Source of the DNA: Octopus bimaculoides
Taxonomy: Eukaryota
NCBI RefSeq assembly: GCF_001194135.2
Contig: NC_068984.1
Coordinates: 30,666,308 to 30,730,307, forward strand
Length of the DNA stretch: 64,000 nucleotides
Direction of reading: 5' to 3'
A model generated the notes under the pieces. That model was not told the DNA's origin and did not search any database. It saw nothing but the letters and a program-made list of their open reading frames with translations. Below are positions 37,246 through 50,592 of this stretch, piece by piece. The first letter of the stretch is position 1, and every line of letters begins with the position of its first letter. A program made the translations under genes and the position numbers.

Positions 37246-38420
37246 GAAACTGGCTCAATCGTCAGGGATAAGCATTTACAAAACATGTGCACACCATTCA
37301 GTTAGTAATGACACTTAGTGAAGGTAGGATTCATACTGCTTTCATGACATCTATGTTGTATGTAATATGAAGCTGAACTCATGGAATGTAGATTAAGTTT
37401 GATAAGTGGAGAAAATTGTGCCTACCATGAATACTAACTGAATTATATTCTGAATTCTATATATTAAATCATCACTTCTATATTTGAAACAGAAATCATT
37501 TGTACTTTATAATTAGTATATATCATTTTATTTTGGGTAGACACTACCTACTTTGTCTATTCAAACAAATCCCTGGAACCAGTTCAAGTACATGGCTCAA
37601 CAAGAGATTATTATTTCTCTACAGTAGGCCAATTTATTCAAACATAAAATTAATTAAAGCAATTACTAAACAATTAAGTTCTTAATTGCTTCAAAACGTA
37701 ATCTAAAAACACAAATTAATTATCACAGATTCATTTAACTACATCTTGTTTAATAAAATATTTCTCCTTTAACATTTTAAGAGAAAAACATATTCAACAT
37801 GAATGACAAAATATCATTTTGATTAAATTTTTCTGACTCGGGAGAATATTTCTCTTGCCAATTTTACACAAAATCAAAAGCAACAAAAAACAGATAAACA
37901 GAAAAACAAGCAAACTTCTTCATAAAATTATTTTGATAAGACCTTAATATGACACAATTGTCTAGAGGGTAGTCAGCTATTAATTGCTGAGTACAAATAG
38001 AATCTGATGCCAATTTCATAAAAAAAGACTTGTTAAAAATTAGGAAAGATAAATGATGTAAGCCTGTTTAAACAAGTTCAGATAATTGAACCTGCTTCTT
38101 TTGCTCATTTTGTCAGGAACAGTTCATGAGATGGTATAGAACTAGATACTGTTTTATCACTGAGAGCCTCAGTGGTCACTCACCTTTCTAGAAATACAAC
38201 CAAATATTCTTTCAGTAATATCCTATTAGTTAAAAGTAGGATACTTTGGATAATGTAACCCAAAATATATTGTATCTGAAAATATATCTGAAACTAGCTC
38301 AATCATTGGGGATAAGCATTTGCAAACATGTGCACACTTCTCAGTCGGTAATGAGACTAAGTGAAGGCAGGATTCAAACTGCTTTCATGACATCTATGTT
38401 CTGTGTAATATGGAGATGAA
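37246..38420. repeat. Direct repeat of about 130 bp (37246-37377 and 38290-38420)
   Basis: Roughly 80% identity by eye, including an exact ACTGCTTTCATGACATCTATGTT block. Confidence 0.85.
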
Positions 38421-38530
38421 ATGACTGGTTCACTTTTCATCAGTGCTGCCTTGATTGTCATATCATCCTGTATCATTGGAATGGAGGGTTGCTCAAAAGC
38501 TTTAGGGAAGTATCACCATCTTCCTTCAAA

Positions 38531-38835
38531 CTTAAGCACAAGGCCTGGAATTTGAGGAACAGGGCTTAGGTAATTAAATTGATACTTAAGCAGAAGGCTT
38601 GGAATTTGAGGAACAGAGCTTAATTAATTAGTTTAATACTTGAGCACAAGGCCTGGAATTTGAGGAACAGGACATAGTTAATTAAATTAACCCTAATACT
38701 TGATTGGTGCTTTATTTTATCAACCTCAGAAGGATGAAATGCAAAGTTATTCATGGTAACATTCAAATTCAAAACATAAACTGCTGGAAGAAATACCAAA
38801 GGGTATCTTATCTAAACTTCTAACAATTCTGTCAG
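38531..38835 (-). mobile_element. Copy of the 2801-3020 SINE family with a triplicated ~54-bp tail
   Basis: Three units of TTAAGCACAAGGCCTGGAATTTGAGGAACAG at 38531-38690. Confidence 0.7.
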
Positions 38836-39079
38836 TGCCACAGCCTTATAACATGATAATATATAAAAAGTGAACTAGCATGAGTGAATTTTATTAATAA
38901 ATATATCTGTCCAGTCATTAAAAAAAAAACCTCAAGGTATTTGCTGCAAATTATAGATAAATCCTTCTCTTTGGTGCTAGAAATATTACACTCTGATAAT
39001 GATCCACAACTCCTCAAAAGGAAATGATAGGTACAGTATGTCAATCTACCCACATTCAGAAGTATACCAATATTTTTGA

Positions 39080-39575
39080 AGGCATATGGCTAAGTGGTAA
39101 GACAACTAGCCTGTTTAATATAAGGTCATGGGTTCAATTATCACTCTGGGAAGTCTGTTGTATCTTTGGTTCAGGCACATAACATCCCATTGGTCCAGTC
39201 CTCTCAAATGGTAAAAATAAGCATTATGGCAGACAGAATGCATTGTCAGTATCACCTTAGCACAGCAGTATTAACAAGTCAATTGCACAGTAGAAAACAT
39301 GCCTAGCAGTGGACCGCTATAATGTATCTTGATTCTTTATATCAACAACTAGGTAACTTCCAACAACTGAATCAGTAGAATATAATAATGATTAAACGGT
39401 TTCAATGTTTTACAGGAATTGGCAACGTTATTAATTCATTGAACCAGATAGAATTTGTTTTGGCTTTTGCTTTCTGTACTCAGAGATCAAATACTGCCAT
39501 AACAAACTTTACCTTTTATCCTTTCAGGGTTAATAAAACAAAGTACCAGTCCAAGACAGAAGCTGGGTGGAATTG
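39080..39575 (+). mobile_element. Two adjacent degenerate SINEs (CORE-like 39080-39340; 2801-family 39400-39575)
   Basis: tRNA-like heads and the family central motifs. Confidence 0.5.
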
Positions 39576-40089
39576 TTAGACCATCCCATGAGATAACTTG
39601 TAGTATTATTTATTCTGGAGCTTTGTATTCGGAGTTCGTGAGTTGTAGACTTAATCCATCGTCCAGTTTGATAATACCAACTGGTTTTTAGAAGCCTTTT
39701 ATGATGATTACTCTATTATAATTATTTGGGGCTAGATTTTCAATTAGTAGATGACTTTACTCACCAGTTTTGGTGGCCCTAAAACAAATAATAATGGGTT
39801 ACATGCACAGCTCATTTCTCTCTGACTAAATGATAAAACAAAACACTTTCCTCTGAATGAATCAAAACACTTAATTCGAAGTAGACATAAAAATGTAGTG
39901 GGGGCTGGTTATTCATTGATAATTTCTATTTAAAATTTTATGATTGCCTTGTTAGTTTAAAGCACTGAACAACTACTTTGTTGAAAGCATTTAGAAAGAG
40001 ATTACTCTCACCAAGGTGGTTTATCCTTGATTCATATGGGGAAACAAAAAAATAAAACCTATCTTCATTAACATTGGAGATGGTGGTGA

Positions 40090-40830
40090 CTATGTCGTCA
40101 CCATCATCATCATCATCATTTAATATCTTCATTGGGTAGGATCTCTGACAGGAAACTGACAAGCTGTTGGGCTGTGTTGAGCTCCAATGTCATCTTTAGC
40201 ATGGTTTCTCCAGTTGGATGCCCTTCCTAATGCTAACCACTTACCAAAGTATACTGGGTATTTTTTACATATCACTGACATTAGTGAGGCTGCTATGTTA
40301 CGTACAACTTAGAAAAGAGCAGAGGGAAAAAATGGATAAAGCTTCTAACTAGGAGGAAGTAGTTAGGAGGGGAAGGTGAAAGTGACTGTTGAAAGACTAA
40401 AGTAGGATTGAGGGACAAGCACAGGTGTCTTGTTAAACTCACCGTGTGAGTTTGTTTTAAGACAGGTCAGCTTGATAAAACACTGGCTAAGAAAAACAAT
40501 GGAAAATATTAGAAACTCAACCTCTATAATATAGACCAAAACTGAATACTCCATTATATATTGCTTATATAACTATGATGTTTAATCTCAGATCAGTGCT
40601 GATTCTGCATGTCTGTCAGCAAAAGTGTTCATCATTATCACCATCATCATCATTTAACATCCACTCTCCATTCTGGTATGGGTTAGATGATTTGACTGGA
40701 GCTGATAAGCTAGAGAACTGCACCAAGTTCCAGTCTGACTTGACATGGTTTCTATGGCTGGATGCTCTTCCTAATGCCAACCAGTCTAGGAGTGTAATAG
40801 AAGCTTTCATGTGGTACTGGCATGGGTGAC
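40090..40830 (-). mobile_element. Two old RTE-type tails (40090-40300 and 40630-40830)
   Basis: TGGATGCCCTTCCTAATGC motif and (CAT)n starts. Confidence 0.65.
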
Positions 40831-40980
40831 ATTTACATATTTCCATCTTTTATTTAGGTACAAAATTTGTTTCTTTTATGGTTTAATTTAATTTTTTTTT
40901 TATTATTCTAGGCATTAGGGTGTGATTAAAGACAGTTCAAAAACTATTGTTAATAAGTTCAACAAATCTGCAGAACTTAC

Positions 40981-41023
40981 TGCATTTGGCTTGTCAACTT
41001 AAGTGGAGGCCACTGAAATGAAT
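40981..41023 (-). CDS. Candidate small exon (DSFQWPPLKLTSQM)
   Basis: Perfect GTAAGT donor, CTAACAG acceptor, single open frame, phase 1 to 2. Confidence 0.25.
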
Positions 41024-42482
41024 CTGTTAGTGAATGCATTCAATTTAATAAAACATACAGATTTCCCTTCTTCCTTTTCGGAAAATATAAAAGTGCATTT
41101 CATTGTATAATTTCAGTTAGGATATTGGAATAAACAGAAGGTTAAAGAAAATAGTTTAACATAAAAAATAAAAGCAACACATGCTTGGTAAAGGCAACTA
41201 ATAGATAACAAAGTGGGAAAACAGGTGGAAAATTTGACAGATCTAAGTGGGGAATGATAGCTCTCTGATATTGCTAGAGGCTTCAAAGAAGCAGTTCTAT
41301 TTTCCTATAATTTTTGCTAATGCCCAACAATACTTTGAAAACTGAAATAGTTACTCATATAGTGTGCATAGTATGTCTCTTATTAACTATGAAGTATTGT
41401 GTAAATTGGGACAACAAATACCCCAGTATAAAATGCAACTTCCTGTCACTTTTCCCAATACTTGAATTACTTTTTCTTTTTCTTTTGGTGTTTATTTTTT
41501 ATTTTATTTATTTAGTGGGTAGAGATGCTTTATAAGATTGATTGTCATTGCAACAAAATCTTGGACAGAATATATATTATCAGGAACCTGTAGGTAAGCT
41601 ATAAATATTTTATTCTGTTCTGACATTAATAAAGCAAGTCACTTGCTTGTCTTAGTACTGTTGCCTTTCCCTCCTCCTCTGTTTCACACTCTCTTGCTCT
41701 CATTAATATTCTCTCTCTCTCTCTTACACACATATACACATATGCATATCTCAGGCCCATCAAACAAAATCGATAGTGGAAGCAACTCTTAAAGAATTTA
41801 TTTACTATTGTACCTATAGCAATTGTGTGTTAAATGTCACTGATCCAGCTCAAAATTTTTGAGATACATAAATATACAAAATTCTTTCACTAAAGATATG
41901 AATACATAATGTTATTTTCAATTTGTTGTTGTAGTTGTTATTCTAGAATGAAATAACATTAATAATACATGAGTGATTCGATAAATAAAGGTAATCTAAA
42001 TCTTTATAATTTGCATATATTTTAACAGACTACATTTAATTACTATTGTATCATAAAATTCACTAATCGGTGCCATTAAAGAAATTTTATTTCTCTCATA
42101 GATTTATGTTTGAGCAGTCAGTATTAATTGGCAAGAGATCTCTTCTCTTCAGGTTTATATCTTATTGCAGACATTATCCACTGACGAAATGACTGAGAAA
42201 GTGAAATCAAACTCTGTTTGTGGAGATGATGCACTTCATCAAAATGAGACATCACATTCATGTAAAATAAGATGGAAGTAAAAATGAGAAAATTAATGCA
42301 GTATAACTTGAGAACTATGAAAACACTTCTTTATCATCGGCTTCAGAAGTTTCTTAACTTTTTTCTTTCCATTCATTGATTTATAGAAGGGAATTGAATT
42401 TCATTTTATACATACAACATACAAAAAAGTATTTTATGTGTTTATATTTGTTTGCTTGCTTGCACATATGTATGTATATGTG

Positions 42483-42514
<32 letters not shown>

Positions 42515-43287
42515 TGTATGAGTGTATGTATTTATGTACAAACATACATACACACGTCTATACATATATCACATATATGTATATACACATATGTGTGTAT
42601 GTATATATATATATATATATATGTACACACATGGATATGTATGTACATACACATACACAGATATATACACACAAGAGAGTGGGTTTAGTGAGTGGAGAAA
42701 TACATAAAGAAAGAAAAGAAGACTTAAAGAAAACAAAGGTAAGTCCAACAAAAAAGAAAACGATTATCAGTCTTTATAAAGAAATTTAAATCTTAAAATT
42801 TCTCTTCTGTTAATATCAGATCTTAAGCATCAAGACTTTGAAGGTTTCATTATATATTTCCACTGTTGCTTAAGCTTTACTTTTAAAGAATAATTTTCAG
42901 TTTCATTTCTTATAGGAAGCTGATAATTATAAATACATTTTTCTTTCATTGTTCACAATAGCATACACAAATTCACTTAATTTGCTTTAGAAAATATAGA
43001 AACCTACTTAAAAGTAGAAAGCGATGCAGAAGAGAAAAATAAAAAAAAATGATAAAAATAAAACCAGTAAGAATTGTGTAAATATATATTTTTGACTGTT
43101 GCAATATAAAGAATTTTGTTTCATGCAGTCATTTAAATGATATGTACTGGAATAAATTATTAAATGCCATACAGAGCAATGCAATAGTTGACAGATCACA
43201 ACACAAAATACAGCTGTCTTAACTGAGACAGATCTATGATCAAAAGCGTTCTAGTTGTGAAATTTCCAATCATTTTTCCAGGTTAGT

Positions 43288-43354
<67 letters not shown>

Positions 43355-43674
43355 CGTGTGTGTGTATAAACATCATCTTTACTTTTCCATGATTGAATAT
43401 GTCAGACATAATTTGTTGAGGCAGATTTTCTATGATTGAATGTTCTTCCTGTTGCTAACCGGCATTTGTTTCCAAGCTTGGTAATATTTTCACTAGTCCT
43501 TTGGAGATAAAGAGCACAGTAGCTGGAATATGTTCTATGGAAGATGGCAAATGAATGACTCTACTTGTATGACTGATTCTTCGTCTTATAAATTAGCATT
43601 CAAAGTCAAGACAAGAAAACAGACGTACAAATGCTCCTGCAGATACACACACACACACACACACGTGTGTGCAT

Positions 43675-44260
43675 GCATATCATCATCATCATCATCGTTT
43701 AGTGTCCGCTTTCCATGCTGGCATGGATTGGACAGACAGTTTTGACATCCAGCAGGCTAGCAGGGACCAATCTGGACTCTAACTGTCTGCTGTGGTATGG
43801 ATTATATGACCAAATGCCCTTCCTAACACCAACCATTCAACAGACTGTGCTGGGTACTTTTTATGCACCACCAGCATAGGCGCATTTATGAAACAGTTGG
43901 ACAGGTGTGCTAACACAGCACCAGCATGGTGTTTGTTTAGTGGCACCAGCACCTGAAGAACAAGCCTGTATGTGTAGAAGACAACTGTTTTACTTAGATT
44001 GACACATCTTATCAAGTACAGCAAATCGCCACATCTCCCAGTCCCTTGTCACTTCCTCATCATTATTTTTATATCTGCTTTGCATGTTGCTATGGGTTGG
44101 AATGGACTGAATAGGTCAGATGACCATATCTTGCTCCAGTGTTTCTACATGGCTTCTACAGCTTAACACCCCACTAATGTCACACTTTACAGAGTGTACT
44201 GGGTGCTTCTTTTTGTGATACTTTCACTAGGTTGCATTGTGACTCACATGACTAAAGAAC
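43675..44260 (-). mobile_element. Two stacked old RTE-type tails
   Basis: Align with 25470-25720 and the tail family. Confidence 0.65.
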
Positions 44261-44327
44261 TATTTTACTTGAAAAGTTAAATAGTAGATAGAGTGGTCAT
44301 TTTATGCAAGTTGTTGAGAAGTTAATG

Positions 44328-45215
44328 TACAAAGTTAAGTCAAAAATTACATGCACTCTTGTTTCTGTGATATATCAAAACAAAAGCAGAGATAGGACAA
44401 ACACACCATTTTCAACATCATCTCCTTGCTTTAAGTTGCACTGCTTCCAGTGGTTCACAAGTTTGCTAAACTCATTAGGGAAGGTTTTTGGATGGTCATG
44501 CTGCTGTTTATGCACTGCTTCCTGAGCTTATTCAGTAGCAAATCACTGATGTAGAGAAGAATGCTTGAGTAACCCAAAGAAGTGATAAATAGAAGGGGCA
44601 AAATATGGACTGCATTCAGCATATTCTATCCACTCAAAACCCAATTTTTCAATGATTTCAACAGTGTGTGATATCATATGTGGGCATACATTGTCATTCA
44701 ACATTATCACTTTATTTAACAATAGAACTAGGCAATCAGTGCAAAATGCTGGTTACAGTTTGTTGGCAAATTTTTAACTGTTACCCTCTTTTCCAGATAA
44801 TGTTCTAGTAAAGGTCCTTTTGCATCCCCCAAGACGGTTAGATAACTTTCTCTGTTCAAAGTTGAGTCTTGCATTTCTTTTTCAGTAGTGATTCCGGGTG
44901 TTTCGAGTTCATATTCTGCCTTTTCGATTCTGTCTCAAAGTGATGGATCCAGATCTCAAAAAAGCTTCACGTTCATTGTTGTAGCATTTGAGTAAACATT
45001 GACAGATCTCCACATGATTGCATTTATATACATTGGTAAGCTCTCTTGTCACCCATCTTGCACAAACTTTACAGGAGTAAAACTTGTCATGGATGATTTC
45101 ATATGCAGAATCAGGCTAATTTGCAGAGAATATACCACCTCACTCAACAGTTCATCAGAATCCTCTCCTGAGCTTGTATTTTCACATAATGGGTACAGGT
45201 TGATGGCTATCTTGC
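44328..45215 (-). mobile_element. Decayed mariner (DD34D) transposon lacking its 5' end
   Basis: SAYEIIHDK..KVCARWVTREL (WVPREL-like), IWIHHFE, MLNDNVCPH, and ECSPYFAPSIYHF (YSPDLAPSDY-like). Exactly 34 residues separate the second Asp from the mutated third position. Confidence 0.85.
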
Positions 45216-46143
45216 TTCACACATGTCTAACCATGGTAAATTAACATGGCGTTCCACCATAAATAACAAACAGATTCTCAGGTCCCCAGTAGGTGCAATT
45301 GTGCCCGTTAATTAAACCATTTAATTTGAATATCCCTCCTCGCAATCTTTGTTGGAATGCGTGCATCTCCTACACATCGTGCCAAGTATCACTCACAATA
45401 CTGCACTCTTTGGTCTGGATCATCATAATTAATAGCATGGACTAATCATGGAACGTAGTTTTTCCATAGACAACACTTCAAAATGCGTTGGGCAGACGAT
45501 TTTGGAATACCTACCTCATGACTCGCTTGCTGCACAAATTTTCTTGGACTTTGGCGATACATTTTCAGCACTCCTCATTGCTTTGTTGGGGTTATCGATG
45601 TATGGTCTTCTGGAACGCNNNNNNNNNNNNNNNNNNNNNNNNNNNNNNNNNNNNNNNNNNNNNNNNNNNNNNNNNNNNNNNNNNNNNNNNNNNNNNNNNN
45701 NNNNNNNNNNNNNNNNNNNNACTTCAAAATGCGTTGGGCAGACGATTTTGGAATACCTACCTCATGACTCGCTTGCTGCACAAATTTTCTTGGACTTTGG
45801 CGATACATTTTCAGCACTCCTCATTGCTTTGTTGGGGTTATCGATGTATGGTCTTCTGGAACGCTTCTCGTGGACATTCTGAAGAATTCCATTGGCTTCA
45901 AACTTATTTCTAATCCGAGTGATAGTAAGTTGCATTGGTAGATCTCTTTTAAACTCTTTCCTAAACTGTCTTTGCAGTACATCTGCGTTTTCACACTTCC
46001 AGTAGCATTTTAGAATGAATTTCCTTTGTGCAAAGCTTAGTCTGACTTCCATCATTAATTCCAATGGGTTTAATCTGGAAATAAAAATCATCAATTGAGT
46101 TATCAGCTGCTAAAGTGTATATACATTATTTGGGGACACCCTA
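45215..46143 (-). mobile_element. 5' half of a maT-like Tc1/mariner transposon (HTH N-terminus to the start of the catalytic domain)
   Basis: MEVRLSFAQRKFILKCYWK..QRQFRKEFK..LTITRIRNKFEANG; [19 protein letters not shown]; VERHVNLP. Terminus TA-TAGGGTGTCCCC at 46143. Includes a gap-flanking duplication. Confidence 0.8.
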
Positions 46144-46147
46144 TATA

Positions 46148-46350
46148 TCATTATCATCATCATCATCGTTTAACGTCCACTTTCCATGCTAGCATGGGTT
46201 GGACGATTTGACTGAGGATTGGCGAACCAGATGGCTGCATCAGGCTCCACTCTGATCTGGCAGAGTTTCTACAGCTGGATGCCCTTCCTAATGCCAACCA
46301 CTCTGAGAGTGTAGTGGGTGCTTTTACATGCCACTGGCATATGGGCAAGT
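46148..46350 (-). mobile_element. Young RTE-type tail
   Basis: Over 90% identical to the reverse complement of 50405-50592. Confidence 0.8.
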
Positions 46351-46357
46351 CTGGCGG

Positions 46358-46392
<35 letters not shown>

Positions 46393-46418
46393 TTAACGAA
46401 TGGAGTGGATAATATCCA

Positions 46419-46502
46419 GGCTACATATGTTTCATAGTGAGTAGAACCTCGGAAGTAGTAAATATCCAGGTGAGGTGTATACTGCAGGCTACTCTTCAGG
46501 CC
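46419..46502 (-). ncRNA. Type I hammerhead ribozyme motif with an intact catalytic core
   Basis: Stem I GGC/GCC, core CTGAAGA, stem II GTAG/CTAT around a 51-nt loop, GAAA, palindromic stem III ACATATGT, cleavage triplet GUA. Confidence 0.65.
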
Positions 46503-46859
46503 AAGTGTATCTTGATTAAATGAGTTTACGTTTACATTGTTTTAGGGAGGTACATGTCAATACATTACATTCATGTTTCAATCAGAATGCGTAGAGAACA
46601 TGGTTAGAGTGGAGAATATATTGTGAAGAGAAAATAAGATACCGGATATTATCTACTGCATTTTTTAACTCTTGTATTTAATTCACATGTCTGGCAACCC
46701 TGCCTGTCTACCATGAAATGTAATGCATTTTTTTCAGTTTACCATACTTTGATAGGGAAAAACCCACAACCTTCCGCCTCAATAAACCACTATCGTTCCT
46801 GAAAGTTGTATATTTTCTACAGTTTGCTTGAAGCTAACCTTCCTACACCTCAATCCTTG

Positions 46860-46911
<52 letters not shown>

Positions 46912-47959
46912 AGTGTGTGGGGCATGACTGCATCATCCAATGAGTTCCTAAGTCCCTTCTTTTTTAAAATGGCTGAATGTGGATCGAATGTGATTTGGTA
47001 GATTTTCTATCAGATCAAACTATTAACACAGATGGTGCTCTAGATACTAAGTGCTCTCATGCAGTAGTATTGATATGCAATGGCCAGCTGGGTTGATTGA
47101 TATAATTAAAGACACAGTGTGATATCTGAAATAATGCTTCATTACACGAGCTACTGAGTACATTAATAACAAATAGGTTACAATGAATTCTAAACACTTC
47201 TACAAGTATTTTTCTCATGTTATTTCAACATAGCCTCTTTTTATTAAATACTTTCTGTATAGTAGACTTTTATTCTATAGTTCATGCTATCTTTGTAGCA
47301 TTTAGCTTTTTATATTCAAATATAATTTGGTGCAATGCAAATAGCAGTTCATGTCTATAAGCTGAACACTGAATGAATTCTTTTGAATATACAATTAAAT
47401 TTATTTCAACCCTGTGAAAGAAGTTCAGAAATTTTACATCCATATGCAATCATATCATCTCATTAAATATATACCTATCTGCACATACACACCCAGAACC
47501 ACACTAATAGCTTAGGAGTGAAATTTTGGATTTCTTGGTTTTCGGTGAATTGATTTTGATAAAACTTTTCCCAGCTGGTTTCCACACTATGGCAACACCA
47601 TTGTTATGTTTTCTTTATTCTACGTAACGTTGTTTCTTTTTTTATTTCAGATTCTTCAGTTTTTAGGTGAACCACACTAACAGCTTTTGAATGAAAACCC
47701 ATCTAGACATTTTTTTTTTTCGGAAAATGAAGTTCAATGATACATATTAAGCATAATAATATTATAACATTTATTGGCATAATGAATTATTTAGCTGCAT
47801 GAGCACCAAGGAAGAAACGATCCAATTGTGGAGCCTCCAAGATTGTGACAGCTAGGGATTTAAGGAATATTGGTCGCAAGTTACGTGGGAAACCTGGACA
47901 AACAAGTAAAGCCATTTTCTCTGCCTCCAGGCTTCTTCATATACCGAATACCACCAGAA

Positions 47960-48255
47960 ATCGCATCCTTGGAACACACACAGTTCTTTATAGCCGTGAC
48001 AGTATGAACTAATGCAAGTGATAATCCAGTTCTTTTGTCATTAAAATTATCATCCTGTCCTGCACTGCTCAGTAGGAAACTTACTCAGTGCATGCTAGAA
48101 ATCTCCTTCTGATGGGTCGAGTAGTACCATGTCATCGGCAAACGTCACCCAATCGATCTTACATCCACCAATTATGAAACCACTTCCACAATAGCTGCAC
48201 ATGCCAATCCAGTTCATACAAATTATGAAAAGTAGAGGTGACAATACACATGCTG
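47960..48255 (-). mobile_element. Decayed RTE-clade reverse transcriptase core fragment
   Basis: CVLSPLLFIICMNWIG..GCKIDWVTFADDMVLLDPSEGDF*HALSKF (RT motifs SPLLF and FADD). Confidence 0.85.
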
Positions 48256-49406
48256 GAGAACAGAGAGTCTCTCAATGTTGAGCTGCTACTTCTCTGAATT
48301 TTGAGAAGTCATAAATTTGGTGTTACAGAAATGAGATTAGAATGTTACAGGAAAGAATCATAACATAAATGAGAAGCCAGCCAGATGGAGACATAGGAGT
48401 AGACCAAGAATAAGATGGTTGGTTTATATTCATAGTCTCAGTTGGTTATGCACAAGAACCCAGTTGTAAAGTCTAATGATAGTTGCTTCTGATGGGATCC
48501 TCTGGAGGAGGTGCTTGTGAACTCTACCCCACACAACTTTTCCAGGAATAGTGGGTGCGAAAATGGATTAATAGTTACATCTATACACATACACACACAC
48601 ACACATTCATTACTGACCTTTTGAAATACTGAAATTTTAAACTCCAGTATTTGTTGCCGTTGTGACATCAACATTGCTATCAGTATTTTAATAAAGTATT
48701 TCTATATTTCTTCACCACTAATTTGATACAAACAGTACTTAATATCAAAATATATGAAGAAGTATATCAAAAAGTCATATTTTTTTTTAATTAATGACCA
48801 ACATTATACAAGCAGAAAAAGTAATTAAGAATGAAACATTTCCTAATTCATTTCTAAATATCTTAATTGGATTTTCCAGCTTTTTGTTACTGGCTTTCTT
48901 TTCCAAATTCATGATATTAATCATGTTCTTTACCTCATCAACTCCTCGTTCTCCTGGTGACTCCTTGCTTTTCTTCATTTTGAATATTAAATACCTATAC
49001 ACTTTTATTCCACCTGATGATGATGGTCTTCATGTTCCCAAGTACTTTGCAGACAATGTATTAACTTTCAACTCAATACATTTCATTTCCTTCGCCTTGC
49101 TGGGCTTGTTCTTACTCTCAGTTTTTTATCTTTCTGTTTACTGGGGTGAATTCACTTAATTCACTTGATTTAGTTTCCAATGCAAGAAATAACACTATTT
49201 ATACCCCAGGCTTCTATACAGATTTCATCAATCCTATTTCACTCTAAAAGTTTGGTTTAACCCCTGGATATAATAGAAGATATTTGCTGCTAGTAATAAA
49301 TGGATCTATGTCCCTTTCAACGATGCGAATTTAGTTGTTTGATCAACTAAATTAGTTTTTCCTTGAAATAGAAAGTAGGTAGCAGAAGATTCCACAGACA
49401 ATTTAC

Positions 49407-49488
49407 CATTAATGAAATCCTCATTAATATAGAATACAGTGGGAAGTTTCAGGTGTTTAGAAGTAGAGAGATAACTCTGGGTATACTT
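49407..49488 (-). CDS. Candidate exon (KYTQSYLSTSKHLKLPTVFYINEDFIN)
   Basis: GACAG acceptor, G/GTAAAT donor, single open frame, phase 0 to 1. Confidence 0.25.
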
Positions 49489-50037
49489 CTGTCATATAAA
49501 ACCTAATCTATTTTTTCTGAGATCTAGCAGTAATAATTTGACTATGCTTAACTTATGAGGTCTAATAAACCTGAAACCTGTCCAGCATTGTCAGTACAGC
49601 CAAATTTCCTCTTTTCTTTTTACTGCATTATTCATATTCTAGTTTTAATTCATCATCTTATATCATTTACATTCTGGGATTACAACTCACCTGCCTTTCA
49701 ATATGGTAGTGATTTTTATTCTCATTGCTTCTAGTGTACTTTTTAATGATTACAATATCTTGGCTCACTACCTTAAGTATGATAGAGACTACTTTACTAC
49801 TTCCTTTTCATATTTCAGGAACCCATAGGTATTTTCTCTGTCACTCTTTCAGTCAGAAATATACCAAAGTAATTGCTGTTCCATTCATTGTGTTACTGCT
49901 AATTAGTAAATTAAACCAAAATCTCATCATGAATTTCTGCTGTTTAATTTAGTATTTTCCCTTATCATAGTCATCTTTAAGACAATTCTTCTACCATTTC
50001 TATATTTCCTATCCTTTCTATGAATATATATATATTG

Positions 50038-50592
50038 AACTAAATTCGACGACTGGCACCCATGTCATCCTTCCTTCATTGGACACTGAACTCTGCTTGC
50101 GAAGACCTGTTGGGGCAAGTGAAATCGAAATTGAACCAAATTCGGTGACTAGCACCCATACCAGTCGAATGCTAACAGCACCATCTGAGCGTGAACATTG
50201 CCAAAGCAGCTGTGTGGCACATAAAAAGCACCATTTGAGCGTGACCGTTACAAGTGTTGCTTTACTGGCACTTGTGCCGGTGGCACATGAACAAAACATT
50301 TGAGCGAGGTTGTTGTCAGTGTCACTTGACTGATTCCTGTGCAGGTGGCACGTAATAAACACCATTTGAGCGTGGCCTTTGCCATTACCGCCGGACTGGC
50401 TCTCATGCTGGTGGCACGTAAAAGCACCCACTACACTCTTGGAGTGGTTGGCATTAAGAAGGGCATTCAGCTGTAGAAACTCTGCCAGATCAGATTGGAA
50501 CCTGGTGCAGCCATCTGGTTTGCCAGTCCTCAGTCAAATCGTCCAACCCATGCTAGCATGGAAAGCAGACGTTAAACGATGATGATGATGAT
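50038..50592 (+). mobile_element. RTE 3' UTR with about four tandem units and a (GAT)n tail
   Basis: Aligns with the reverse complement of 21162-21600 and with 1-316. Confidence 0.8.

Noticed and set aside
45475-45864. Exact 144-bp duplication (45475-45618 and 45721-45864) around an N gap
   Set aside because: Identical sequence on both sides of a gap is the typical signature of unmerged contig overlap, so it is most likely an assembly artefact.
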